A stretch of 64,000 nucleotides of DNA, from the NCBI GenBank assembly GCA_910588745.1, contig CAJURK010000003.1, positions 11,660-75,659 on the forward strand, in the 5' to 3' direction. Numbering within the stretch: position 1 is the first letter of the stretch; each line of letters begins with the position of its first letter. Below, one piece after another: positions 1-9,480 of the stretch. The DNA is from an uncultured Dorea sp. Lineage in GTDB: Bacteria > Bacillota > Clostridia > Lachnospirales > Lachnospiraceae. The position numbers and the translations under genes are program-made. The notes beneath the pieces are model-generated. The model worked only from the letters and a program-made list of their open reading frames with translations. It did not search any database and had not been told where the DNA came from.

Positions 1-594
1 GATTCTGCCCAGAACCTTAATTCCCCTGTATTCCGTGCCTCTTGGAGCATTATCCGCCAAGATTCCCCGGATTGTATATCCCCACTGGGGATTCTGCAGG
101 ATACGGTCGGCGTACTGCTCTGCCGCCCTGCTGTATCCGATTAGGAGAATATGTTTCTGATTCAGTCCCCGGCTCCTGATTTTCCGAAGAAACATCCGGA
201 TCACATTGCGCATCAGAATTTCCAGAAATATATTGATGCAAAGAAACACAAACAGCATCCGCCTGGAAAAATTTGTCTGATGCCTTACATATAAAATCAG
301 AATAAACGCCATAAAACCAATGGTGTTCGCCTGAATCACATGCCATGCTTCCAGCCTTCGCCCCTGTACCCTCTTAGGCGTATATAGCTGAAACATATAA
401 TACAGAAGCAGATATCCCGGCACAATAAAAATAAGGGCAGACATATATACCCTTAGCGACAGATACCATGCGTCTATTGGGAAAATCCCCGATTTAAACC
501 GTAAAAACCAAGCCATGCCATAGGACGCAATGATTACCGCCGCATCCAAAATTACATGCACCCGATTTAGTATATGCTGATTATTCTTAATCAA
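1..594 (-). CDS. Initiating polyprenyl-phosphate glycosyl-1-phosphate transferase (WcaJ/CpsE/EpsE type). Only the N-terminal part is present; the gene runs off the window at position 1.
   Basis: Not in the ORF track (non-ATG start, truncated by the window edge). My own minus-strand translation is open from 633 to 1: (TTG)IKNNQHILNRVHVILDAAVIIASYGMAWFLRF...LIFIVPGYLLLYYMFQLYTPKR...IGFMAFILILYV...MLFVFLCINIFLEILMRNVIRMFLRKIRSRGLNQKHILLIGYSRAAEQYADRILQNPQWGYTIRGILADN. It shows four hydrophobic helices followed by the LLIG...GY..G Rossmann-like linker typical of the N-terminal half of bacterial sugar transferases. Start placed at TTG 592-594 (GGTGA 4 nt upstream); the start is uncertain. Confidence 0.7.
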   Translation of the reverse strand, partial: MIKNNQHILNRVHVILDAAVIIASYGMAWFLRFKSGIFPIDAWYLSLRVYMSALIFIVPGYLLLYYMFQLYTPKRVQGRRLEAWHVIQANTIGFMAFILILYVRHQTNFSRRMLFVFLCINIFLEILMRNVIRMFLRKIRSRGLNQKHILLIGYSRAAEQYADRILQNPQWGYTIRGILADNAPRGTEYRGIKVLGRI

Positions 595-749
595 AAAATC
601 ACCGTCTTTTGTTTTTACATTTTTAATATAATACTATATTTTCCGCCAAAGAGCAAGACGCAGACTCTTAATGTGAACTTAAGATTTACAGGTTATGGGG
701 CGCCTGAGCCTCTCATAAAGACCCGGACGCCCCATGTAACTGTAAAAAA

Positions 750-1703
750 CTACAGGAATCTGCGCACAAGGTTTATCCAAAGTTCCGCCTGTATCCGCAG
801 ATAATTCTTCAAATTCTTTCTTTCATACGCCACCTTACCGCTCTTGCCGCATAAGGCAAATCCGTCTCGAATACTTTTGACGTATACCATGCCCAGCCCT
901 TTCTTCCAGAAAAACAGCGCCTTTGCCAGAAATCCCGCCGTCAGAAACGGCATATTTAACACAATCTGCCAGGCCGGCATATTTTTATAAATCAAATAAA
1001 TATTATTTCTCGCAGAATATCTTGTCTTAAACTCATTGTATCTGGAACCGCTCGCGGCGCTTCCTACATGAATCACCTCTGCCTTTGGCTCATATAGATT
1101 AATATATCCATAAATTCCGGCTCGATACCCAATATCAATATCTTCTAAATATGCAAAATGCTTTTCATCAAAATAACCGATTCTCTCAAATACCTCTTTC
1201 CGGTAAATAGCAGCTCCGGCGCACGCGGCAAATGTCCTGCACCTCGCCGTATACTTCCTGGCAGACGCGTCCTTTCCTCTTGCAAAAGCCCATCCAAACG
1301 CATTGTAATACGTTCCGGCGCTGTCAATTAGGCTATGGTTGCCATACTGGAGCATCTTTGCTTCCACAGAAAATATCTTACGGTTCTTCTTAATTGTATG
1401 GAGAAGCCATTCTACAAATCCTTCTCTGACTTCCGTATCATTATTCAGCAGCAGTACATATTCGGTATCTGCCGCCCGGATTCCCTCGTTAACCGCCCGG
1501 CAGAACCCGTAATTTTTGTTCAGCATCCGGTATTTTGCCTGGGGAAACTGCTCCTTAGCGTCCGCAACGCTCCCATCCTCTGAACCATTATCCACCACAA
1601 TTACATCCAGTTCTACTGTGGCAGACTTATATAATGCTTTGAGACAGGGTATCAGATACTTCTGTCCGTTATAATTAGGTATCACAACAGTAACTTCACT
1701 CAT
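750..1703 (-). CDS. Family 2 glycosyltransferase (GT-A fold), rhamnosyltransferase-like
   Basis: 317 aa. N-terminal VVIPNYNGQKYLIPCL...VIVVDNGSEDGS...LLLNNDTEV, the classic GT2 signature. Lies 4 nt downstream of the preceding gene. Confidence 0.85.
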   Translation of the reverse strand: MSEVTVVIPNYNGQKYLIPCLKALYKSATVELDVIVVDNGSEDGSVADAKEQFPQAKYRMLNKNYGFCRAVNEGIRAADTEYVLLLNNDTEVREGFVEWLLHTIKKNRKIFSVEAKMLQYGNHSLIDSAGTYYNAFGWAFARGKDASARKYTARCRTFAACAGAAIYRKEVFERIGYFDEKHFAYLEDIDIGYRAGIYGYINLYEPKAEVIHVGSAASGSRYNEFKTRYSARNNIYLIYKNMPAWQIVLNMPFLTAGFLAKALFFWKKGLGMVYVKSIRDGFALCGKSGKVAYERKNLKNYLRIQAELWINLVRRFL

Positions 1704-1707
1704 ATAT

Positions 1708-3537
1708 TTATCCTTTTAGATTATTTTTCAAAGAATAATCCCATTTTGTCAAAGTCAGATTCGGATTATACATCGGGTCTCCCTCTTTGAGCAGCTTAAG
1801 CCAATGGCTCCGCATATACTCTATTTCATTCTGAAATCTGCGTATCTTCTCCTTAGAATCTTCCGTCCCTCTTGATTTTGACTCATAGTGATATAACTTC
1901 ACTTCCGGATTATACACCACCAGATACCCTTTGTCACGAGCCTTCAGACAAAAATCTACATCATTGAAGGCAACTTTCAGCTTTTCCTCCAGTCCGCCCA
2001 GCTCTTCGTATACCGAACGTTTCACCATCATGCAAGCCGCCGTTACCGCGCTTAAATTCTGCTGAATGGACGCCTTATGGAGATATCCGGAATAAACTCC
2101 CGGCAATCCGGTAAATACAGCTCCTGCAACTCCGCCGATCCCAATCACGATTCCCGCGTGCTGAATCGTATCGTCCGGATAAAAAAGTTTTGCGCCTACA
2201 ATCCCTACGTCTTCTCTCTGGCAGTTTGACAGCAGCCCTTCCAGCCAATCCTCAGTGATTACCTGAACATCATTATTCAGCAGCAGCAGATAATCCCCTT
2301 TTGCCTCAGACGCCCCAAAATTATTGATGGCGGAATAGTTAAACTCATCCGGCCAAAACACAATCCGAATCCTGTCTGACTGAATCTTCTCATAATAAGC
2401 AAAGGTTTCTTCTTTTTCACTATTGTTCTCAACAATAATAATCTCATAATTTTGATAACTGGAACGTTCTATAGACTCTAGACACTGGGCCAGGGTTTCT
2501 GACTCATCTTTATTGGGAATAATAATTGAGACGAGAGGACTGCCCTTTACGGGATATTTCACCTTATAAAATCCCAGATCTTTTGTATGGCTCACCGTCC
2601 CCGGCTCCATACACCGCTTAAGATGCGCCTCTATCGCACGTTTCCCCGCATCGAACGCGTACATCTTGCTCGCCGGATTATCCGCCGTTGACGCCTTATG
2701 AACCCGCCAGTGATAGAGAATCCTGGGGATATGTACAATCCCCTCCGCCTGCTCTGTACACCGCAAAATGAAATCATAATCCTGCGCGCCATTGTACGCG
2801 GCGTCAAATCCTCCCACACGATCCGCTAAATTCTTTGACGCTACAAAAAAATGGGTAATGTAATTATTCGATCTTAACAAATCTTTATTAAAATCCGGCT
2901 TCATATGAGGCTGAAAATGTTCCGATAAATCAGTAGTAACTTTATCTTCATCCGAATAAAGCGCCTCCGGCCTGCCCTGTTCATTTACCGCTTTCACCAC
3001 TTCAAACAGAGCGTCCGGAGTCAGTAGGTCATCATGGTCTAAGAGTCCCACGTATTCTCCCGCCGCAATTTTCAAAGCGGCATTCGTATTCTGGGCGATT
3101 CCCTCATTCTCCGGCACATCCGTAATCTTAATTCGCGGATCCTTTGACGCGGCGACAGCCAGTATCTCCGCCGTCCGCCTGTCGGCCGGATCTGCGTTGG
3201 CAACGCACAGTTCCCAATTTCCATACGTCTGCTTTCTTACGGACTGAATCATCTGCTTTAAAAATTCTTCCGGAGTATGGTACACCGGCACCAGAATACT
3301 AATCAGAGGCATATAGTCAAACGCCTGCTCCCGCTGTTCCTGATACTCTTCCATGGACGGCCTGTGGTTCCTGTACCACTCCTCATAATCCACATCATCC
3401 GTCTGAAAACGTTCCGTCAGGCGGATCCAGAATTCTTTCGGCCCAAAATGCTTTAAGTAAAGAAGTCCCTTTTTTATGTTGTACGGCGATAGTTTTTTTA
3501 TGATCTTCACCCAGCTAATCTTATAAGTATTCATCAT
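1708..3537 (-). CDS. Two-module family 2 glycosyltransferase
   Basis: 609 aa with two GT2 modules: ISILVPVYHTPEEFLKQMIQSVRKQTYGNWEL...GLLDHDD, and VSIIIPNKDESETLAQCLESI...LLLLNNDV. Paralog of 23129..24802. Confidence 0.85.
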   Translation of the reverse strand: MMNTYKISWVKIIKKLSPYNIKKGLLYLKHFGPKEFWIRLTERFQTDDVDYEEWYRNHRPSMEEYQEQREQAFDYMPLISILVPVYHTPEEFLKQMIQSVRKQTYGNWELCVANADPADRRTAEILAVAASKDPRIKITDVPENEGIAQNTNAALKIAAGEYVGLLDHDDLLTPDALFEVVKAVNEQGRPEALYSDEDKVTTDLSEHFQPHMKPDFNKDLLRSNNYITHFFVASKNLADRVGGFDAAYNGAQDYDFILRCTEQAEGIVHIPRILYHWRVHKASTADNPASKMYAFDAGKRAIEAHLKRCMEPGTVSHTKDLGFYKVKYPVKGSPLVSIIIPNKDESETLAQCLESIERSSYQNYEIIIVENNSEKEETFAYYEKIQSDRIRIVFWPDEFNYSAINNFGASEAKGDYLLLLNNDVQVITEDWLEGLLSNCQREDVGIVGAKLFYPDDTIQHAGIVIGIGGVAGAVFTGLPGVYSGYLHKASIQQNLSAVTAACMMVKRSVYEELGGLEEKLKVAFNDVDFCLKARDKGYLVVYNPEVKLYHYESKSRGTEDSKEKIRRFQNEIEYMRSHWLKLLKEGDPMYNPNLTLTKWDYSLKNNLKG

Positions 3538-3547
3538 TTCTCCTATA

Positions 3548-4156
3548 CTAAAACTTAAATGTATCGTTCCATCCGACCCATTTCTGATCTTTTTCGCTTA
3601 ATACAAGCGCTGTTCCGTCCTCAAGCCGATACCCTTCCGCCGATGCGCTTCCCGGATACTCTCCCACAACATTCGGCCACACGATCCCAATCTCCGGATC
3701 GTTCCAGGCAAGACCGCCTTCGTCTCCCGGGTGGTAAAAATCCGTACACTTATAACAGAACTCCGCCACATCGCTCAAGACCAGAAAACCGTGCGCAAAT
3801 CCTTCCGAAATATAAAACTGTTTCTTATTTTCTTCTGTCAGTTCAATGCCATACCATTTGCCGTAGGTTTTGCTGTCTTTTCTAAGGTCTACCGCCACAT
3901 CGAACACGGCTCCTTTAATGACCCTCACCAGCTTGCCCTGCGGAAATTCTTTCTGGAAATGTAGTCCGCGGAGAACTCCTTTCACAGAACAGGACTGATT
4001 GTCCTGTACAAATACCATATGAAGTCCTGCTTCTTCCATATCTCTCTGGTTATAACTCTCCATGAAATATCCCCTTGCATCGCCGTGAACCTCCGGTTCA
4101 ATTACACAGAGACCTTCTATTCCGCCTGCATTTTTTTCCACCTTAATCTGTCCCAT
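3548..4156 (-). CDS. rfbC: dTDP-4-dehydrorhamnose 3,5-epimerase
   Basis: 202 aa. Cupin motifs HGDARGYFMESY, VQDNQSCSVKGVLRGLHFQ, SEGFAHGF. GGGAGGA RBS upstream. Sits in the rfbABDC context. Confidence 0.9.
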   Translation of the reverse strand: MGQIKVEKNAGGIEGLCVIEPEVHGDARGYFMESYNQRDMEEAGLHMVFVQDNQSCSVKGVLRGLHFQKEFPQGKLVRVIKGAVFDVAVDLRKDSKTYGKWYGIELTEENKKQFYISEGFAHGFLVLSDVAEFCYKCTDFYHPGDEGGLAWNDPEIGIVWPNVVGEYPGSASAEGYRLEDGTALVLSEKDQKWVGWNDTFKF

Positions 4157-4219
4157 GTTTTCCGTCCTCCCAAATACGAATACGTTGTTGCAGGAATCTT
4201 GAGATTCGCCTTTTAGCCC

Positions 4220-4248
4220 AAAAGGGTATCAGACTAAGGCTGATACCC
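4220..4248 (-). terminator. Candidate intrinsic terminator or attenuating hairpin between rfbD and rfbC
   Basis: Minus strand reads GGGTATCAG-CCTTAGT-CTGATACCC (9 bp perfect stem, 7 nt loop) followed by TTTTGGG. A second weaker hairpin, GTAGTT...AACTAC, lies just upstream on the transcript. Confidence 0.5.
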
Positions 4249-4301
4249 TCCTGTGATGTAGTTCGGGCAATTTCCAAACTACATTTTATGCTTCTCATTC
4301 A

Positions 4302-5243
4302 TTAAAAATCAAGTTCCCTGATATAGCGCGCGACCGCATCCTGCCAGAGCGGCAGCGGCTGAAATCCATTCTCTTCCAGTTTACTCTTGTCCAAACGACT
4401 ATTAAACGGCCTTGCCGCCTTCGATAACCCGTACTCTTCTGTCGTCACCGGCACTACGCTTAACCGTTCTTCTGAATACTCCTTATGCCCCAAAGCTTCT
4501 GCCTGGCGGAATATCTCTTTTGTAAAATCATACCAGCTAATATATCCGCCTTCATTTGTGGCATGATAATAGCCGTACTTATCTGTCAGCAGCATATCAA
4601 CCAGCAGCCTAGCCAAATCAAGCGTATATGTCGGCGTACCGATCTGGTCGTTCACAACTGTAATTTTATCATGTGTTTTACCCACATTCAACATCGTTTT
4701 AATAAAATTACTTCCGTTCCTGCCAAATACCCACGCAATTCTGACAATAAAATACTTATCCAGCAGCCGGGAAACCGCAAGTTCTCCTTCCAGTTTTGTC
4801 TTTCCGTATACATTCAAAGGCGCATAATCCTTACAATCCGGCTTCCACGGTTCATTCCCCATGCCGTCAAACACATAATCCGTACTCAGATATACGATCT
4901 TACAGTCCAGCTCTTTGCACATCCTTGCAATATACTCCGTTCCCGTGGCATTGATCGCCCTTACAAGTTCTTTCTTATCTTCATCCTCAGCGGCGTCTAC
5001 CGCTGTCCAGGCCGCGCAGTGTACCATCACGTCAGGACGTACTTGATTCATTACTTTTTCTACGGATACCGCATCTGTAATATCCATCTGCACATATGGC
5101 ATCCCGGTAACGGCAGTCCCATCCTGAACGCCGCTGTATACCTCTTTGATATCAGAGCCAATTCCTTCATAGCCCCGGGCCGCAAGCTCATTCATAACAT
5201 CATGGCCGAGCTGTCCGCCCACGCCTGTCACCAACACTTTCAT
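4302..5243 (-). CDS. rfbD: dTDP-4-dehydrorhamnose reductase
   Basis: MKVLVTGVGGQLG Rossmann N-terminus and YGKTKLEGE (YxxxK). Start moved to the ATG at 5241-5243 because GGAGG lies 8 nt upstream; the track start at 5258 overlaps that RBS. Confidence 0.9.
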   Translation of the reverse strand: MKVLVTGVGGQLGHDVMNELAARGYEGIGSDIKEVYSGVQDGTAVTGMPYVQMDITDAVSVEKVMNQVRPDVMVHCAAWTAVDAAEDEDKKELVRAINATGTEYIARMCKELDCKIVYLSTDYVFDGMGNEPWKPDCKDYAPLNVYGKTKLEGELAVSRLLDKYFIVRIAWVFGRNGSNFIKTMLNVGKTHDKITVVNDQIGTPTYTLDLARLLVDMLLTDKYGYYHATNEGGYISWYDFTKEIFRQAEALGHKEYSEERLSVVPVTTEEYGLSKAARPFNSRLDKSKLEENGFQPLPLWQDAVARYIRELDF

Positions 5244-5315
5244 CTGTATAACCTCCATTCATAAACTAAACCCTTTTTTCATATCCTGCTTTAACCTGCT
5301 TTCCGCGCGGTCTGT

Positions 5316-6335
5316 TTAGCGGTTTCCGTACATTTCTTCGTAATAGTTCTGATATTCTCCGGAAATAATCGTCTCCCACCATTCTTTATGTTCCAGATAC
5401 CACTGGATCGTCTTCTTAATTCCGTCTTCAAATTTCGTCTCCGGAAGCCAGCCGAGTTCTCCGTGAATCTTAGACGGGTCAATGGCATAACGCATATCAT
5501 GTCCCTTGCGGTCTGTTACATAAGTAATCAGGCTCTCTGGTTTGCCCAGCTCTTTACAGATAATTTTAACAATATCAATATTCTTCATCTCATTATGGCC
5601 GCCGATGTTATACACCTCTCCTACGCGCCCTTTGTGGATAATCAGGTCGATTGCCTTACAGTGGTCTTCTACATAAAGCCAGTCTCTCACATTCTCACCC
5701 TTACCGTACACCGGAAGCCGCTTATCATTCAACGCATTCGCAATCATAAGGGGAATCAGCTTCTCCGGAAAATGATAGGGTCCGTAATTATTGGAACATC
5801 TGCTGATCGTCACCGGCAACCCGTAAGTCCTGTAGTATGCAAGCACCAAAAGGTCTGCCGCCGCCTTAGAAGAACTATAAGGGCTGCTGGTATGAATCGG
5901 CGTTTCCTCCGTAAAAAACAGATCCGGCCGATCTAACGGAAGATCGCCGTACACTTCGTCGGTAGATACCTGATGATACCTGGTAATGCCATACTTCCTG
6001 CAGGCATCCATCAGCACCGCAGTACCCTTAATATTGGTATCCAGAAATACCTCCGGATTCTCAATGGAGCGGTCCACATGGCTTTCCGCCGCAAAATTCA
6101 CGATCACATCCGGCTTTTCTTCTTCAAACAGCCGGTATACTGCCTCCCGGTCTGTGATACTTTCTTTTACAAAACGAAAATTGGGATTGTCCATGACCGG
6201 CGCAAGAGTTGAAAGATTTCCTGCATAAGTCAAGCAATCCAGACACACGATCCTATCATCCGGATAGCTGTCCAGCATATGAAATATAAAATTACTTCCG
6301 ATAAATCCGGCCCCACCGGTTACAATAATTGTCAT
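5316..6335 (-). CDS. rfbB: dTDP-glucose 4,6-dehydratase
   Basis: 339 aa. IIVTGGAGFIGSNF, STDEVYGD, YSSSKAAADLLV. Typical extended SDR of the RmlB type. Confidence 0.95.
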   Translation of the reverse strand: MTIIVTGGAGFIGSNFIFHMLDSYPDDRIVCLDCLTYAGNLSTLAPVMDNPNFRFVKESITDREAVYRLFEEEKPDVIVNFAAESHVDRSIENPEVFLDTNIKGTAVLMDACRKYGITRYHQVSTDEVYGDLPLDRPDLFFTEETPIHTSSPYSSSKAAADLLVLAYYRTYGLPVTISRCSNNYGPYHFPEKLIPLMIANALNDKRLPVYGKGENVRDWLYVEDHCKAIDLIIHKGRVGEVYNIGGHNEMKNIDIVKIICKELGKPESLITYVTDRKGHDMRYAIDPSKIHGELGWLPETKFEDGIKKTIQWYLEHKEWWETIISGEYQNYYEEMYGNR

Positions 6336-6403
6336 TTTAATTCTCCTTGTTCTTTATCATATTCTTTTTTATGCAGGAAATCCTGCATTTGCTGCAATAA
6401 TTC

Positions 6404-7300
6404 TTAGTACAGATTCTCCTGATACTTTCCATCTAATACGTCTTTCAAATACTGTCCATACTGATTCTTCTTAAGAAGTTCGTACTCCTTTAATACGTCG
6501 TCCTTTGTAATCCAGCCATTTAAGTATGCAATTTCTTCTAAGCAGGCAATTTTACGGTGCTGATGGGTTTCTACTGTTTTTACAAAGTTCGTAGCGTCCG
6601 CAAGACTTTCATGAGTTCCCGTATCCAGCCAGGTAAATCCCTGACCGAGAAGCTCCACATTCAGCTTCCCTTTTTCTAAATAAATCCGGTTTAGATCGGT
6701 AATCTCTAATTCTCCCCTGGCGCTTGGTTTCAAGTTTTTCGCATACTCGATTACTTTATTGTCATAAAAATACAGCCCCGTCACACAATAATTGCTCTTT
6801 GGATGCTCCGGCTTTTCCTCGATCGAAACAGCTTTCCCGTTATGGTCAAACTCTACAATGCCAAACCGTTCCGGATCATCCACGTAATATCCGAACACCG
6901 TCGCCCCATTGCCCGATTCCGCATTGCCTACCGCCGCCATCAGACGTTTCTTAAGTCCGTGTCCCGCAAATATATTATCTCCCAGTACCATAGCCGCAGT
7001 ATCGTTTCCCACAAATTTCTCACCGATTATAAACGCCTGAGCCAATCCTTCCGGACTTGGCTGTACCTCGTAAGATAAATTGACCCCGAACTGATGCCCT
7101 TCACCTAACAGCTCTTGAAATCTTGGCGTATCCTGCGGTGTAGAAATAATTAGTATATCCCGGATTCCCGCGTTCATCAGGACAGACATCGGATAATAGA
7201 TCATCGGCTTGTCATAAATCGGCAGCAACTGCTTCGATGTTACCCTGGTCAGCGGATATAGGCGCGTGCCGGAACCTCCCGCTAAAATAATTCCTTTCAT
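6404..7300 (-). CDS. rfbA: Glucose-1-phosphate thymidylyltransferase
   Basis: 298 aa. [18 protein letters not shown]...[15 protein letters not shown]...LGDNIF...EKP, the canonical RmlA signature. Confidence 0.95.
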   Translation of the reverse strand: MKGIILAGGSGTRLYPLTRVTSKQLLPIYDKPMIYYPMSVLMNAGIRDILIISTPQDTPRFQELLGEGHQFGVNLSYEVQPSPEGLAQAFIIGEKFVGNDTAAMVLGDNIFAGHGLKKRLMAAVGNAESGNGATVFGYYVDDPERFGIVEFDHNGKAVSIEEKPEHPKSNYCVTGLYFYDNKVIEYAKNLKPSARGELEITDLNRIYLEKGKLNVELLGQGFTWLDTGTHESLADATNFVKTVETHQHRKIACLEEIAYLNGWITKDDVLKEYELLKKNQYGQYLKDVLDGKYQENLY

Positions 7301-7379
7301 TTGAAACCTCCATCATCTTCTTTTCTTTAGTATTTACACTTTTTTTCTATTCAACACAGCTTATAACAAACTATAGATA

Positions 7380-7406
7380 TTATAAAAGGTAACCTAAGGT
7401 CACCTT
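7380..7406 (-). terminator. Candidate terminator downstream of the RloB-like gene
   Basis: Minus strand reads AAGGTGACC-TTA-GGTTACCTT (9 bp stem with one G-T pair, 3 nt loop) running into TTTTATAAT. Lies about 40 nt after the stop at 7446. Confidence 0.45.
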
Positions 7407-7445
7407 CAAGTTCATTTAGAAAAAATTAAGAAATTTCTTTGATTT

Positions 7446-8213
7446 CTATGTACCCAGCATCCGATCCCAAAATTCTTTCTTAAAATATTCCAGCAAAAAC
7501 AAAGGAAAACCATTTATAATAGCTATTTTTTCATTTACTACAAACTTCTGAAGCTGATTCTCAAAAAGTCTTTTCTGCGGTTCTACCTTCAAATACTCTT
7601 CTCGTTCTGGCACAATATATCTGTTGTTAACAATACAATTCCATTTCTTTACAGCAGTCAGGCAAAACAGACTCCAGTCCTGAACACTATACTTTCTGGA
7701 ATCCTGATAATCTTTCATTTCATGTACGTTCTGCTTATAACGGCAGAGTTCTGCTATTTCCTGAACACATCTTCTGTAACAGCAGTCGTCTCTTGTAATA
7801 TCCCGAATACTTTCAGTCATTGGATAATTAATATATAATTTCCCCAAATTTGTTTCGTCAGAGAAGGTATCCAGCATTTCTTTCAATACCTCGTTTCCGT
7901 TTTCGCTTTTATTCAGATTTTGATTATGTCCGTCATAATCAAAAAACAGATATATCTCCATTAAATCATTTCTTTTAAAATTGCTCAGTATTTTCCGCGC
8001 AGATTCACTACTATCCCTTACAACCTCAATAACATCCGTTTCAAAGTCATCTTCTTTTAGCTGCTTCCAAAGCATGTAAATATTTTCCCCTGCCGGAAAC
8101 ATAATAGGAACTAATTCCGCATACCCCATAAAAAAACGTTTTGATAAATTACGCAATAACAGCTTTTCTGTTTTTTCTCCTTCATATATGATCGCTATAA
8201 CTTTTTTACTCAT
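7446..8213 (-). CDS. RloB-like / TOPRIM-like protein, partner of the AAA ATPase (AbiLii-like)
   Basis: N-terminal VIAIIYEGEKTEKLLLRNL resembles the RloB CEGEKTE motif. An acidic IYLFFDYDGH block and LYINYPMTES follow. Start placed at ATG 8211-8213 (GGGGG 6 nt upstream), which overlaps the upstream stop by 8 nt (ATGAGTAA). Confidence 0.6.
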   Translation of the reverse strand: MSKKVIAIIYEGEKTEKLLLRNLSKRFFMGYAELVPIMFPAGENIYMLWKQLKEDDFETDVIEVVRDSSESARKILSNFKRNDLMEIYLFFDYDGHNQNLNKSENGNEVLKEMLDTFSDETNLGKLYINYPMTESIRDITRDDCCYRRCVQEIAELCRYKQNVHEMKDYQDSRKYSVQDWSLFCLTAVKKWNCIVNNRYIVPEREEYLKVEPQKRLFENQLQKFVVNEKIAIINGFPLFLLEYFKKEFWDRMLGT

Positions 8214-9312
8214 CAAATGCCCCCGCATTGTACATCTTCTGAATATTATGCACCCTTCTTAATTCTTTCGGCGTAGAATCTGCAAAGGACTTAATTCCAT
8301 CATTGCGAATCTGAAGATAACAATCCGGACGCAATAAATCATTCGTCATGATATCTGTATTATGCGTTGTGAGAATTGCCTGTGTATGAGGCAGTTTCTT
8401 TAGTTCTTCTATCACTGCCACTGCAAGATTGTTATGATAAAAAGCATCAAATTCATCAATAAAAAACAACGATACTTCTTCTAACCGAATTAACCAATAA
8501 AAAAATAATGCCAGAGAACAGGTTCCCCTAGAAGCAATCCGAAAAAAATCCACCAAATTTTTACCGTATTGGCAAAATATCCTATATTCTCCCTCAACTT
8601 CTCTGGCTGCTAACTGATAAGAAATCCCCAGCCCTTTCAAAAAATTTTGAAACTCTTCTATTTTTCCTCTCTTGATTATACCTTCCCCAACATTTTCTCC
8701 GCCAACCCAATATCCCTGATATTCATTTTTCTCCAATGAACTAAACCACAGCATATGTTCTACATAATTATAAAATTTTTTTAAAAGCCTGTTTTCTACG
8801 TTATCCTCATTTAGAAGCGTATTATTATATACATATTTCAAAAATGATATATTTTTTTCGGATAAGTCTGTGTTTAATGTTTCTGTACCGCTAAGTTTTG
8901 TCATCCCTTTGTTTGTCCTATAATTATAAGACAAAATCTGATTATCATTAATCCAGAGTTCTTCTTCTAGAAGAACCTGGGGAGCATTCTTTGTATATTT
9001 ATACTTTACCTCCCCTTCTTCAAACGAAAATACATACAAAAAATCAACATATTCTTCTATTGACTTCAAATTTTTATACAATCTGTAATTTGTCAAATGC
9101 CGTTGTTTATCCGTAAGGTGTAAAATAATATCAAATAATGCGTATCCAAGATTCGTCTTTCCACTTCCATTATCACCATAAATAAGCGCCGTTTTCAAAA
9201 TACCATTCCTTATTGCATCTTCATTAAATGGATAATTATTTACTCTGGACAGATCCAGGCAAATTCTCTTTTGAAAATTTTTAAAATTGGACACTTCAAA
9301 TTTTTTCAGCAT
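8206..9312 (-). CDS. AAA-family ATPase (AAA_15/AAA_21, ABC/SMC-like), AbiLi-like
   Basis: 368 aa. Walker A is YGDNGSGKTN, Walker B is LFFIDEFDAFYH, followed by ILTTHNTDIM. GAGGGAG RBS. Very AT-rich coding sequence. Confidence 0.75.
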   Translation of the reverse strand: MLKKFEVSNFKNFQKRICLDLSRVNNYPFNEDAIRNGILKTALIYGDNGSGKTNLGYALFDIILHLTDKQRHLTNYRLYKNLKSIEEYVDFLYVFSFEEGEVKYKYTKNAPQVLLEEELWINDNQILSYNYRTNKGMTKLSGTETLNTDLSEKNISFLKYVYNNTLLNEDNVENRLLKKFYNYVEHMLWFSSLEKNEYQGYWVGGENVGEGIIKRGKIEEFQNFLKGLGISYQLAAREVEGEYRIFCQYGKNLVDFFRIASRGTCSLALFFYWLIRLEEVSLFFIDEFDAFYHNNLAVAVIEELKKLPHTQAILTTHNTDIMTNDLLRPDCYLQIRNDGIKSFADSTPKELRRVHNIQKMYNAGAFDE

Positions 9313-9341
9313 ATAAACTCCCTCTCATTTCATATACTGCT

Positions 9342-9370
9342 ATCATAGCTGATAAACCTATTTTTTTCAA
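9342..9370 (-). promoter_or_regulatory. Sigma-A-type promoter for the ATPase/RloB-like pair
   Basis: Minus strand shows TTGAAA (9365-9370), an exact 17 nt spacer, and TATGAT (9342-9347). This lies about 30 nt upstream of the ATG at 9312. Confidence 0.55.
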
Positions 9371-9480
9371 TATTTCCTGAGAAAAATACGTATTTATAGT
9401 ATCTCCTTTTACTGTTCGCTCCATTCACAGTAACCTTCCCAAATCCCCCTAAAATCCGCTTCTCGAATGGAATCTGCATA

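Noticed and set aside
50-346. 98 aa minus-strand ORF from the supplied track
   Set aside because: It lies out of frame inside a longer open frame (633..1) that translates into a convincing N-terminus of a polyprenyl-phosphate sugar transferase. The 98 aa product has no membrane or enzyme features and its composition looks like an off-frame artefact.
705-745. Inverted repeat ATGGGGCG...CGCCCCAT (extendable to about 10 bp) with a ~21-25 nt loop, between the first GT2 gene and the sugar transferase start
   Set aside because: The loop is long and no U tract follows on the transcribed strand. It could be a processing or stability structure, but nothing identifies it as a terminator or riboswitch.
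4485-5264. Long plus-strand ORFs antisense to well-supported genes: 4485..5264 (259 aa), 13062..13934 (290 aa), 21575..22465 (296 aa), 53984..54811 (275 aa), 15901..16491, 55436..55999, and others
   Set aside because: Each is fully contained in the antisense of a gene with clear family motifs. Their products are low-complexity, rich in R/S/P/L/I/F, and lack RBS-served starts. With every credible gene on the minus strand, these are shadow ORFs.
6371-6388. Hairpin ATGCAGG-AAAT-CCTGCAT between rfbA and rfbB
   Set aside because: On the transcribed (minus) strand it is followed by an A run, not a U run. It is therefore not a terminator for these genes, and there is no plus-strand gene for it to terminate. 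At most it is an mRNA stability element.
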